Shown: piece by piece, positions 9,459 through 17,050 of the stretch
Layout of the letters: each line of letters opens with the position of its first letter
Numbering within the stretch: the first letter of the stretch is position 1
IMG/VR virus record: IMGVR_UViG_3300009956_000004
Strand: one strand, 5' to 3'
DNA length: 39,014 nucleotides
Source of the DNA: a virus
Notes under the pieces: model-generated
What the model was told of the DNA's origin: nothing
What the model saw: only the letters and a program-made list of their open reading frames with translations
The model's database searches: none
Made by a program: the position numbers and the translations under genes

Positions 9459-10340
9459 ATGGATAAACTAAAACAAGTTATTCAGGCGATTGGGGTTGAT
9501 ATAGGTGCGCTTCAAGGGCAACAGACTTCCTTTTTATCAGCTTCTAAAGCATACGAACTATTTCCAACCTATGCAACTTTGCAATCCCAGATGGCCAATA
9601 ACATCAAAGAGAAGCACGTAGAACTTGGACTTGACGCTCTCATCGATGATAAATTAAAAAACGGTGGTGATCCGTTCGTCACGACTTCCAAATTGCCAAC
9701 GATTGACACAAGCCAGCTTGCGTCAAAAAACGATCTGGAAGAGTTGAAACGCTCAGTCGGATCTGGTAGCGGAGCTAGTGGCGAATTAAAAGGCCAAGGC
9801 TTCCCGTACAATCTTAACGCTGATATCGGTACAATATATACTGATACCACGGCAAAGAATGGAGCGGTGAAGTGGATCAAAAAGACCGCTGGAACTGGCT
9901 CTAACGCTTGGTCTGTCTTGTTTGGTGATGTCAAACACAAGCCAAGAATTTCATCGAGTCAAAACAACGCTTACGTAGAATTTAGACGTATAAACTCCAC
10001 GGTAGAGGTCGGCTTCGGTGGTCTATCGTGGGGTTGGTTTGGGATCGTAAGACGAGGTGCGCCCAGCTACGTTCCTCAAGGTTCAGACCGTGAGCGTAAC
10101 GTGGTGATTTTAAATGTTGGCGGTATACCCGTCGGTTTTCGTGCGACCAGCTCAAAACTGGGTATTATGACAAATGACAAGGGCAAGCGCCTTGGCACTT
10201 TCTATCTAGGTGGGCCGGGTGACGGCAACCAGCTACGCTTACAATTCGATGATCCCGTCCCAACAGATCGTGATATCGGAGACTTGCGGTTTACTGATAT
10301 GTCGTATATCACAGATGACCCGTGGCCGGAGACTTTATAA
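9459..10340 (+). CDS. Receptor-binding / tail fibre tip-like protein
   Basis: 293 aa, AAGGAGGTG RBS. GQGFPYNLNADIGTIYTDTTAKNGAVKWIKKTAGTGSNAWSVLFGD matches the G.G.P......G..Y.D.....GA..W.K..G.G..W motif common in minor tail/fibre proteins. Confidence 0.55.
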   Translation: MDKLKQVIQAIGVDIGALQGQQTSFLSASKAYELFPTYATLQSQMANNIKEKHVELGLDALIDDKLKNGGDPFVTTSKLPTIDTSQLASKNDLEELKRSVGSGSGASGELKGQGFPYNLNADIGTIYTDTTAKNGAVKWIKKTAGTGSNAWSVLFGDVKHKPRISSSQNNAYVEFRRINSTVEVGFGGLSWGWFGIVRRGAPSYVPQGSDRERNVVILNVGGIPVGFRATSSKLGIMTNDKGKRLGTFYLGGPGDGNQLRLQFDDPVPTDRDIGDLRFTDMSYITDDPWPETL

Positions 10341-10351
10341 TAAGATACACA

Positions 10352-10376
10352 CCCTCCCAATTCGGGAGGGTTTTTT
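10352..10376 (+). terminator. Rho-independent terminator ending the late/lysis operon
   Basis: CCCTCCC (10352-58) / GGGAGGG (10364-70), loop AATTC, then TTTTTT. Confidence 0.85.
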
Positions 10377-10380
10377 GTGT

Positions 10381-10417
10381 TTATAACGGCAATTTCAAAG
10401 ATTGTCTATTATAACGG
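10381..10417. repeat. Direct repeat TTATAACGG x2 (10381-89, 10409-17) in the attP region
   Basis: Read directly. Possible recombinase or accessory-factor binding sites. Confidence 0.4.
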
Positions 10418-10437
10418 AAAGTTTTAAAGATACGAAA

Positions 10438-10457
10438 GGGGCAAAAAAGGGGCAAAA
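10438..10457. repeat. GGGGCAAAAAAGGGGCAAAA, copy 1 (candidate integrase arm-type sites)
   Basis: Exact 20-nt repeat of 10655-10674. Each copy is itself two GGGGCAAAA units. Confidence 0.5.
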
Positions 10458-10596
10458 GTCCTGTTCTTATGTGTGATAATAGGTTATATTTTAAAGCACA
10501 AGTTCCTCGAAAACCCTTATTTTATGCGGTATATGTCTGCATGTGTTATTATCTGTTAACGAACGAACTTAAAGAAGCAGTTAAATAATTGCTCTT

Positions 10597-10647
10597 TAAA
10601 AAGCCTGCCATATCAAGCATTTCAGCTTGTATGACAGGCTTTTTTTG
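10597..10647. terminator. Bidirectional terminator-like hairpin downstream of int (may overlap the attP core)
   Basis: AGCCTGcCATatCAAGC (10602-18) pairs with GCTTGtATGaCAGGCT (10625-40). Flanked by AAAAA on the left and TTTTTTT on the right. Confidence 0.6.
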
Positions 10648-10654
10648 TGTCCAA

Positions 10655-10674
10655 GGGGCAAAAAAGGGGCAAAA
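10655..10674. repeat. GGGGCAAAAAAGGGGCAAAA, copy 2 (candidate integrase arm-type sites)
   Basis: Exact repeat of 10438-10457. Abuts the int stop codon. Confidence 0.5.
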
Positions 10675-10677
10675 CAT

Positions 10678-11820
10678 TTATAAACTATCCAGTAAGTCAA
10701 GAATGTTGTCGTCCATCTTCTTGGTCACATGCGTGTATATCTTGTTAGTAGTCCGAGAGTCAGAGTGGCCCACTCGTGACATTATGGCTTTCAGCGGGAC
10801 ATTATTCTCTGCCAGTCTGCTGACAAGCGTGTGTCTGAATATGTGAGATGTTAGATGCTTATCTATCGGTTTTTTTAACCTTTCATTCGCTCGCTTAATA
10901 GCCAAATTAAAAGAGTTATTCTGGATAGGAATGCCATTTTTGGTAACGAAGACAAAACCGAGATCAGTGAATCCCTCTCGTGTATTCTTTGACAATTCGT
11001 TGATCTGAATAAACTCTTTTAAAATTTCGATTTCTCTTTTCGAGAGTGAGACTGTCCGAAAACTTGCAACAGTTTTAGTTGTGGTTTTTAAACCCTTGGC
11101 ATATCCTACAGTTTTATCAAGTGTCCCGTGGATATGCACAATCTTCTTGTCAAAATCAATATTCTCTGGTTTGATTGCGATTGCTTCGCCTATCCTACAG
11201 CCATTATAGGCCATAAATTCTGCGAGCAGTCCGATTCTGTATGTTTTATCTGTTCTGTATAGTTCATCTAGTAATCTGCTCAATTCATCTGATTCGAGAA
11301 ATTTCTTTTCTGTCTTTTCTAAATCTTCCAGCGTCTTGACTAACTTTGGAAGTTTTGCCCTTCTAGCTGGGTTGTCCGAAATGTATTCCATGTTCACAGC
11401 ATAATCAAAACTTAGATTCAAGATCATCTTATATCGTTCTAACTTTGATCGACTAGCTTCACACTCGTTCAGAAATCTCTGAATATATTTCGCATCAACA
11501 TTTCTTATTTTTAAAGATAAATCGAAAACTTCTTTAAAGTCTTTTACGCTGCTTGAAAGGGAACTGACAGAACTACCCTTTATTTCTTTTTGATAAAATG
11601 TCCACCATTCATCAAGAATCTGACCATATTCCGCATCTGTTGACTTAATGCGCATCAGAGCTTCCTCTATACGACTGTCAAGAAGGTTTTGTGCTTCTTT
11701 CTTTGCTCGTGCAGATCCAGTATCTAGCGTGACAGATACCCTTTTCCATTTTTCTGTGTAAGGATCTTTGTATCTTTCAAAAAATTTATATTTGCCATTC
11801 GGTAGACTTTCGATCCACAT
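10678..11820 (-). CDS. int: Tyrosine integrase (phage integrase family)
   Basis: 380 aa. N-terminal SAM-like/arm-binding region MWIESLPNGKYKF.ERYKDPYT.KWKRVS. Catalytic region ..NGCRIGEA.., ..HIFRHTLVSRLAE.. and ..VGHSDSRTTNKIYTHVT (R..HxxR..Y). Confidence 0.95.
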   Translation of the reverse strand: MWIESLPNGKYKFFERYKDPYTEKWKRVSVTLDTGSARAKKEAQNLLDSRIEEALMRIKSTDAEYGQILDEWWTFYQKEIKGSSVSSLSSSVKDFKEVFDLSLKIRNVDAKYIQRFLNECEASRSKLERYKMILNLSFDYAVNMEYISDNPARRAKLPKLVKTLEDLEKTEKKFLESDELSRLLDELYRTDKTYRIGLLAEFMAYNGCRIGEAIAIKPENIDFDKKIVHIHGTLDKTVGYAKGLKTTTKTVASFRTVSLSKREIEILKEFIQINELSKNTREGFTDLGFVFVTKNGIPIQNNSFNLAIKRANERLKKPIDKHLTSHIFRHTLVSRLAENNVPLKAIMSRVGHSDSRTTNKIYTHVTKKMDDNILDLLDSL

Positions 11821-11826
11821 TGTTTA

Positions 11827-12294
11827 TCACCTATTTTCTTCTGTATCAGTCATCTGTTCAATCGCTTCCTGTATATCCTTCTTAGTTTTAAAAGGATTGT
11901 TTTTAATTTTTACAACAAAAAGTATTGCTGCGACAATCAACAGAATAAAAGCAATAACAGGATTTACAAAAAAGTATAAGATGCTACAAAAACCAAGCAA
12001 TCCGACAGGAAAATACCAAGAAGAAGCTGGATATATTTTTGTGCCATTCGATGAATAAACAACCTGATTTGTGCTTTTAGAATTTGTACTTGGTTTTTTA
12101 ATACTAGCAACAGCATCCACGGTTGTTTTATTATAAACTTTGTTGTAGATAGCACGCTTAGGATCTTTTATAATGCCAGTTCCTTTTTGGCCATAAGTTG
12201 GTATAATAGCTCGTTTAACCTGTCTTTTCAACTTGGAAGTAGTTCTTGCTTTTAGACTTTTTGAAATGCTTGGCTTCCTAACACCTATTTTCAT
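11827..12294 (-). CDS. Membrane protein of the lysogeny module (basic N-terminal KPS..K..ARTT..K...P.YG.KG.G...PK.A.YNKVY..TT motif, two C-terminal TM helices); candidate superinfection-exclusion factor
   Basis: 155 aa, GGGAGAA RBS. TM stretch WYFPVGLLGFCSILYFFVNPVIAFILLIVAAILFVV. Located between repressor and int. Confidence 0.7.
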   Translation of the reverse strand: MKIGVRKPSISKSLKARTTSKLKRQVKRAIIPTYGQKGTGIIKDPKRAIYNKVYNKTTVDAVASIKKPSTNSKSTNQVVYSSNGTKIYPASSWYFPVGLLGFCSILYFFVNPVIAFILLIVAAILFVVKIKNNPFKTKKDIQEAIEQMTDTEENR

Positions 12295-12321
12295 GTGATT
12301 CTCCCTTCAAGGGTGGCTTTT

Positions 12322-13032
12322 TTATTTGTTTTCTAAAATTTGGATCTTTTCAGTGAGATCGTTTATCTTTGCAACGTCGCTATTTAGATTGTTGATGTAA
12401 TAATTAACCTCATCATTAATATCACTGTAATTGTTGTAACTACTGATATTTTGGAAGTAATTGATGATGTTTCTACAGAAGCGAGCATGCTCGTTGTAAT
12501 ACGCAAGTTCTGACCTTAAAATCTTTAATTCAAATTTCTCTTTATCCCATTTAGGAAAATCAACGTCAAGATTTACTGGAAAATTCTTGACAGAGTGGAT
12601 TTCCCATAGAGCATGGTATTTATCAGCAATCTCTTTGCCTTCTTTGCTCGGTTTTGTCCGTTCTCCATCATCTAATAACAAGCCTTTGTCTTTGAACTCT
12701 TTTGTCAATCTTTCTGCGTTTAGGTTGTAGTCAGAGAAGAAGTATTTCGGAATAGTTATGGACGACTTTCTGCCTGTTTTAGTATTCCCCCACCAAACTA
12801 AAAGAAGTAGTTCTCTCAATTTATAACCTTCTGATGTTTGATAACTATCGGTATAACGAGGGGAATCAAAAGAGCGTTCCCAGAAGTCTTGCATTGTTGG
12901 CCTACTCAAAAGCAAGTCTACATATTCTTTTGTATAGTAGTCTGGGCCAGCAGAAATAGTTGTTGTAACATGTACTCTTTCTGGCAAGGCTCTTTTTTCT
13001 TTCTTTTTGAAGAGAAAATCAAAAAACCCCAT
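12322..13032 (-). CDS. Hypothetical cytoplasmic protein of the lysogeny module, no recognised domain; candidate prophage-encoded defence/exclusion gene
   Basis: The ORF is open 12322..13062. The ATG at 13032 (MGFFDFLF...) lies 1 nt after the repressor stop, so it is preferred over the upstream ATG at 13062, which overlaps the repressor. AT-rich by eye. Confidence 0.7.
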   Translation of the reverse strand: MGFFDFLFKKKEKRALPERVHVTTTISAGPDYYTKEYVDLLLSRPTMQDFWERSFDSPRYTDSYQTSEGYKLRELLLLVWWGNTKTGRKSSITIPKYFFSDYNLNAERLTKEFKDKGLLLDDGERTKPSKEGKEIADKYHALWEIHSVKNFPVNLDVDFPKWDKEKFELKILRSELAYYNEHARFCRNIINYFQNISSYNNYSDINDEVNYYINNLNSDVAKINDLTEKIQILENK

Positions 13033-13033
13033 A

Positions 13034-13813
13034 TTATTTCTCGCTTTCTTCTCTATACACATCTACGACTTTACCAATGATCCTAAAATCACTGTCTGAA
13101 TTGATCGGTATATCTTTGTATTTCTTATTAAAACTTCTCAGATACGCTTTATCTTTCTCTATAACAAGCTGTTTGATATAGGCTTCTCCCTCGTAGTCAA
13201 ATACTCCAACCGTTCCACTCGGAAGCTCTACCGTCAATTTAACAAAGACATAATCCCCAGATTTATAATCTGGTTCCATCGAATCTCCGTAAATTGGACA
13301 AACGAAATCAGCGTCTACCTTCACAGGTAACTGGATTGTCTCTATTTGTACTTCGTTTAAATATTGCCCCGTACCAGCAGAAACAGGTTGGTCATAGTAG
13401 TTATATGCTACATACTCTACAACTATATCATGTACTTCCAAGGCCCTTTGCTCTACTAATTGGCCTTTTGCGAAATTAAGTACATTTTTCTGATACGGTT
13501 TAGGTTTCAATTTTGAAACTATTTCATCAATCTTTTGTGCTGTATCGCTCTTTAGAGAAGAAGCTGCAGTATTTAGCCTCGGATCAATTTGTTCGACAGG
13601 AACTTTGAAAAAATCAGCCAATTTCTTACTATTAGTTTTAGAAGGCAGTCTCTTACCAGAAAAATATTGACTCAAAGTGCTTTGAGATATTCCAGATCCT
13701 TTGACAATGTCTTGTTGAGTCAATCCATTTTTATCTTTCAGTCTATTCAATTCATCTGCTATTTTTAGGCGCATTTCTAACTCTAAAGGAGTTAATTTAT
13801 CTCTTCCTACCAT
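13034..13813 (-). CDS. CI/LexA-type phage repressor (XRE HTH plus S24 peptidase autocleavage domain)
   Basis: N-terminus ..LTQQDIVKGSGISQSTLSQYFSGKRLPS... C-terminus ..CPIYGDSMEPDYKSGDYVFVK.. (Ser) and ..GEAYIKQL.. (Lys). Divergent from the cro-like gene. Confidence 0.9.
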   Translation of the reverse strand: MVGRDKLTPLELEMRLKIADELNRLKDKNGLTQQDIVKGSGISQSTLSQYFSGKRLPSKTNSKKLADFFKVPVEQIDPRLNTAASSLKSDTAQKIDEIVSKLKPKPYQKNVLNFAKGQLVEQRALEVHDIVVEYVAYNYYDQPVSAGTGQYLNEVQIETIQLPVKVDADFVCPIYGDSMEPDYKSGDYVFVKLTVELPSGTVGVFDYEGEAYIKQLVIEKDKAYLRSFNKKYKDIPINSDSDFRIIGKVVDVYREESEK

Positions 13814-13830
13814 AGTGTCTCTTCCTATAT

Positions 13831-13843
13831 TCTTTTAATGAGA
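13831..13843. promoter_or_regulatory. Degenerate operator copy TCTtTTAATGAGA at the start of the repressor transcript
   Basis: One base shorter than the 14-bp palindrome. Shares the half-site TTAATGAGA. Abuts the -10 of the leftward promoter. Confidence 0.5.
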
Positions 13844-13851
13844 TTGTATCA
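13843..13851 (-). promoter_or_regulatory. Leftward (repressor) promoter, extended -10 TGaTACAAT
   Basis: The reverse complement of 13843-13851 reads TGATACAAT. The -35 is poor (TTTTAT). RBS AGGAAGAG and the repressor ATG lie ~25 nt downstream. Confidence 0.5.
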
Positions 13852-13899
13852 CAATTTTATATAAAATAAAAATAATTTTAAAAATTTTAAAAAAAGTTA

Positions 13900-13928
13900 T
13901 TGACAACATCTCATTAATGAGATATAAT
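13900..13928 (+). promoter_or_regulatory. Rightward early promoter: consensus TTGACA-17 nt-TATAAT
   Basis: TTGACA 13900-05 and TATAAT 13923-28, with an exactly 17-nt spacer that contains the operator palindrome. Confidence 0.85.
13909..13922. promoter_or_regulatory. Operator, perfect 14-bp palindrome TCTCATTAATGAGA (within the spacer of the rightward promoter)
   Basis: Self-complementary. An identical copy lies at 14198-14211. Confidence 0.75.
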
Positions 13929-13981
13929 GGAATCAAGGTCAGGGAATGATCCAAAAAAATAAAAAAGAAAGGAACTGCAAA

Positions 13982-14173
13982 ATGGAAAAATTGACATTGA
14001 AGCAATGGATGGCAGTACGAAATATGACAGTGTTACAATTCGCTGATGCTATCGGAGTTAGTTACCCAACGGTATCAAATTGGCGAGTTGGTAACACAAA
14101 GCCGAACGCAAAGTATATCCCGATCATTGAGCAGACGCTGGATATCGATTATAAAAATATCATCTGGACATAG
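13982..14173 (+). CDS. Cro-like XRE-family HTH regulator
   Basis: The ORF is open from 13946, but the ATG at 13982 has RBS AAAGGAA and lies a sensible distance from the promoter. ..MTVLQFADAIGVSYPTVSNWRVGNTKP.. is an HTH. Confidence 0.85.
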   Translation: MEKLTLKQWMAVRNMTVLQFADAIGVSYPTVSNWRVGNTKPNAKYIPIIEQTLDIDYKNIIWT

Positions 14174-14197
14174 GGTCTAATTTTTTTAGAAAGGATA

Positions 14198-14211
14198 TCT
14201 CATTAATGAGA
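14198..14211. promoter_or_regulatory. Distal operator, second perfect copy of TCTCATTAATGAGA, downstream of the cro-like gene
   Basis: Exact copy, 289 bp centre-to-centre from the copy in the promoter. Confidence 0.7.
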
Positions 14212-14269
14212 AACAAGAAGAATGAATGAATTGATTTTATCAAATAACGGAAAAATTTGAGGAGTAGAG

Positions 14270-14587
14270 ATGGAAGAAATTACATATAAGTCTGTATCCA
14301 TTGATGAAAAAGCAGAGTGGGGCGACTACAACCACTTAATTCAAAAGTGGGAAGGTTTGAAGCCACGGACTGCAAAAGCATTTGTCGAAGAAATGCGAAA
14401 TCATCCAGAGTTCAAGGCATTTGTTGAAACACCAACTCACAAACTGGTATTTATCAACTATAGAGGCTTCCATCTATTCCTAAAATGGAAAGAACGAAAC
14501 CGATATAAAACGAAAAAGGAGAGCATGACAGACATGCTTCGAGCTATTGAACAGCAGGAAAAAATGATTGAAAAAATCAGTGCATAA
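14270..14587 (+). CDS. Hypothetical early protein
   Basis: 105 aa, GAGGAG RBS. No confident family. Confidence 0.65.
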   Translation: MEEITYKSVSIDEKAEWGDYNHLIQKWEGLKPRTAKAFVEEMRNHPEFKAFVETPTHKLVFINYRGFHLFLKWKERNRYKTKKESMTDMLRAIEQQEKMIEKISA

Positions 14588-14658
14588 AAAAATAAGCCAC
14601 TTGTAGAACAAGGGCTTACCAAAAATTACAACTTAATTATAACACGAGGAAAGAAAAA

Positions 14659-14928
14659 ATGCTAGAACCAACACTAACAAGTCAATTATTAGGAACAGGA
14701 TTAATTGCAATCAGTTTTTTTGCGGCAGGATTCGCTGGGGCGGTCTGGGACTTTAAATGTGCGCAACGGAAGAAAGCCAGACAAGCGAAACAAGATGCGA
14801 TCATGCAACAGTATGAAGAGGATCTGCAAGAAAAATTTAACGAAGGCTATCGAGCATCATTTATCGATCTTGCAGAAGCTCGCAAACATTCTTATTCTGA
14901 CAATGATTGGGGTATGCAGGAGGTATAA
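14659..14928 (+). CDS. Hypothetical membrane protein (one N-terminal TM helix)
   Basis: 89 aa, GAGGAAAG RBS. TM segment LLGTGLIAISFFAAGFAGAVW. The stop overlaps the next start (TAAATG). Confidence 0.65.
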   Translation: MLEPTLTSQLLGTGLIAISFFAAGFAGAVWDFKCAQRKKARQAKQDAIMQQYEEDLQEKFNEGYRASFIDLAEARKHSYSDNDWGMQEV

Positions 14929-15756
14929 ATGGCACAACGAAGAATGTTTAGTAGAAAGATAACAGATACAGACAAATTCATTGAAATGCCAGCTACAACA
15001 CAAAATCTTTACTTTCATTTAAATATGAACGCAGATGATGAGGGGTTTGTAGATCGTGTTTCAATCATTCAACGGATGATTGGAGCGAGTGGAGATGATC
15101 TAAAACTTTTGATTGCAAAAGGGTTTATTATTCCTTTTGAAAGCGGGGTTATCGTCATTCGGCATTGGCGCATCCACAATTATATTCAAGCAGATCGTTT
15201 TCAAGCAACAATCTATCAAAACGAAAAATCTCAAATCGAGTACGATGACACAAAAACCGCTAATATCAAGCCTTTGGAACAATGTGTACAAGATGTATAC
15301 AAATTGGATACGCAGGTAAGGTTAGGTAAGGATAGTTTAGATAAGGATAGGTTAGAGTTAGATAAGGTTAACAACCATAACAATACTGTTCCTGTTGAGA
15401 ACAAAAAATCTCTATCTAAAATATTTAAAGATAGTGAGATCAAATTGAATGAACGGCACTTACAAATGATTTATGAATACATTGCGTTAGATCATTTTAC
15501 AGTACCTATGATTCAGTACGCAGTGGAACGCACAGAAGATGCTGGCTCTACCAGTTTTAACTATCTGAATAAGATTTTGAAAAATTGGAAAGAAAAAGGA
15601 TATACAACGCTGGAAGAAGTCAAAGAGTCAGATCGGATCTTTGAGAAAAAGAAAAAAGATCAGAACAAACAGCCAAAGGATTTCAAGAGTGGCAAGTATG
15701 CACTACTTGGAACTGATATAAGCGTCCATGAAGTTGATCCGGAATTAGGTTTTTAG
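14929..15756 (+). CDS. Phage replisome organizer (N-terminal rep-org domain plus DnaD/DnaB_2-like C-terminal domain)
   Basis: MAQRRMFSRKITDTDKFIEMPATTQNLYFHLNMNADDEGFV.. is the typical replisome-organizer N-terminus. C-terminus ..FNYLNKILKNWKEKGYTTLEEV.. is DnaD-like. Confidence 0.85.
   Translation: MAQRRMFSRKITDTDKFIEMPATTQNLYFHLNMNADDEGFVDRVSIIQRMIGASGDDLKLLIAKGFIIPFESGVIVIRHWRIHNYIQADRFQATIYQNEKSQIEYDDTKTANIKPLEQCVQDVYKLDTQVRLGKDSLDKDRLELDKVNNHNNTVPVENKKSLSKIFKDSEIKLNERHLQMIYEYIALDHFTVPMIQYAVERTEDAGSTSFNYLNKILKNWKEKGYTTLEEVKESDRIFEKKKKDQNKQPKDFKSGKYALLGTDISVHEVDPELGF
15315..15439. repeat. Putative origin of replication embedded in the replisome-organizer gene (iterons plus an AT-rich inverted repeat)
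   Basis: TAAGGWTAG/TAAGGTTAA at 15317, 15327, 15342 and 15363. TTAGATAAGG at 15337 and 15358. Inverted repeat TCTCTATCT (15409-17) / AGATAgtGAGA (15429-39) around AAAATATTTAA. Confidence 0.6.
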
Positions 15757-15767
15757 GGGGTGACAGC

Positions 15768-16562
15768 ATGGATTTACCGCTGGTCTACCACATCAACGAA
15801 CAAGAGACTTGCTCAATACATTCGTGCTTTAAGTGGTCGTTAAATGACGATGTACCACTACAAGACGAACGCAACAGAACCTTTTGCCCAGAATGTCAGA
15901 GGGAAAAAATGGCACGGGAAGAAGAGCAGAAGATAGGACAGGCTCACACAGCTACGATTTTAAGAAAGACTTATGAAGTCTTTGATAAGAACAGCATCAT
16001 ACCGCCAGAGATGAAAGACGCAACTTTTAAGACTTTCACGGTATCGAATGAAACAGATCAAAAAGCTAAAAACTACGCTTTGAGATTGGTACATCATTAT
16101 TTACAGGACGGACGAGGGAACGCTCTTATCATGGGTGAAGCTGGCCGAGGTAAAACGCACCTCGCACTAGCAATTGCGGAGAAGCTAAACGCAGACTTCA
16201 AAGCGAATAAAATTCCTAAAAGCATCTTGTTTGTCAATGTACCAACCCTTTTCCAAAAGATACAAGGCGGGTTTGATAAGAAAGGGTCTATGTCAACTAA
16301 TGACTGGCTGGATCTACTGACCAAGGTTGACTTCCTAATTCTTGACGATTTAGGCAAGGGAGACCGTGGACAGTGGAAGCAAGACTTTCTTTATACGCTT
16401 TTGGATCATCGAGATAAAACTATTATCACTACCAACATGGGAGGTAAGGCGATGAAGGAAGCATACGATGATGGGCTAAGAAGCCGAATCACAAAAGGCG
16501 GGAAAAACCTTTACTTTAAATATCCAGCAAATGCAGAAGATAGGAGAGGGCTACCATTTTGA
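15768..16562 (+). CDS. DnaC/IstB-like AAA+ helicase loader
   Basis: Walker A GEAGRGKTHLALAIA and Walker B FLILDDLGK. Follows the replisome organizer. Confidence 0.85.
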   Translation: MDLPLVYHINEQETCSIHSCFKWSLNDDVPLQDERNRTFCPECQREKMAREEEQKIGQAHTATILRKTYEVFDKNSIIPPEMKDATFKTFTVSNETDQKAKNYALRLVHHYLQDGRGNALIMGEAGRGKTHLALAIAEKLNADFKANKIPKSILFVNVPTLFQKIQGGFDKKGSMSTNDWLDLLTKVDFLILDDLGKGDRGQWKQDFLYTLLDHRDKTIITTNMGGKAMKEAYDDGLRSRITKGGKNLYFKYPANAEDRRGLPF

Positions 16563-16696
16563 TTGAGGAAGATATTAAACTCTTTGAGCGGATGTTTTAC
16601 CCGCTGTCAGAGATGCTGAAAGAAAAACTACTGGCTAGTGATCCAGTAGTTGCAGAAAAGAAAATCAAAGACTTGATGCTATGTGCATTGAGTTAG
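16559..16696 (+). CDS. Possible 45-aa protein (TTG start overlapping the upstream stop)
   Basis: AGGAGAGGG RBS 9 nt upstream of TTG 16559. Hand translation MIEEDIKLFERMFYPLSEMLKEKLLASDPVVAEKKIKDLMLCALS. Below the ORF-track size cut-off. Confidence 0.35.
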   Translation: MIEEDIKLFERMFYPLSEMLKEKLLASDPVVAEKKIKDLMLCALS

Positions 16697-16708
16697 AAAG
16701 GAATGTAT

Positions 16709-17050
16709 ATGACAGTCAGACGAGATATGACAACGTTGGAAGCGAATGTATTTAGTCAAATTTTGAATGGGACTTGTGAAGAACCTATACCAGCCAACCA
16801 CATTAGGGGACGTCTGGGTATTGGTAAGCGTCAATTAGAAAATACAGTAGAGAGCTTACGAGTGAACTTCAGAGTGCCTATCGTGGCAAAGAAATTTAAT
16901 CCAAACGGATATTATATCCCACGGAACGAAGAAGAACGGATCGAGGGTTTAGGGCCTTATAAACGACAAATTCTCACAGAGCAAAAAAATTTGTCAATTA
17001 TCCAGTCTATTGATCTTGATGATTTTTGGGGTATGACAAATGTTTTTTAA
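16709..17050 (+). CDS. Hypothetical early protein (possible winged-helix)
   Basis: The ORF is open from 16703. The ATG at 16709 is better spaced from AAAGGA. Confidence 0.65.
   Translation: MTVRRDMTTLEANVFSQILNGTCEEPIPANHIRGRLGIGKRQLENTVESLRVNFRVPIVAKKFNPNGYYIPRNEEERIEGLGPYKRQILTEQKNLSIIQSIDLDDFWGMTNVF

Noticed and set aside
10589-10846. 85-aa + strand ORF
   Set aside because: It starts in the attP/terminator region and runs antisense into the 3' end of int. No RBS.
13946-13981. The longer start (ATG 13946) for the cro-like gene
   Set aside because: It lies only about 10 nt from the predicted transcription start and has no RBS. ATG 13982 has AAAGGAA at the proper spacing.
14588-14658. Hairpin AAGCCaCTTG-tagaa-CAAGgGGCTT as a + strand terminator
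   Set aside because: No U-tract follows it on the + strand. The A-run lies upstream, so it would only suit a minus-strand transcript, and none exists here.
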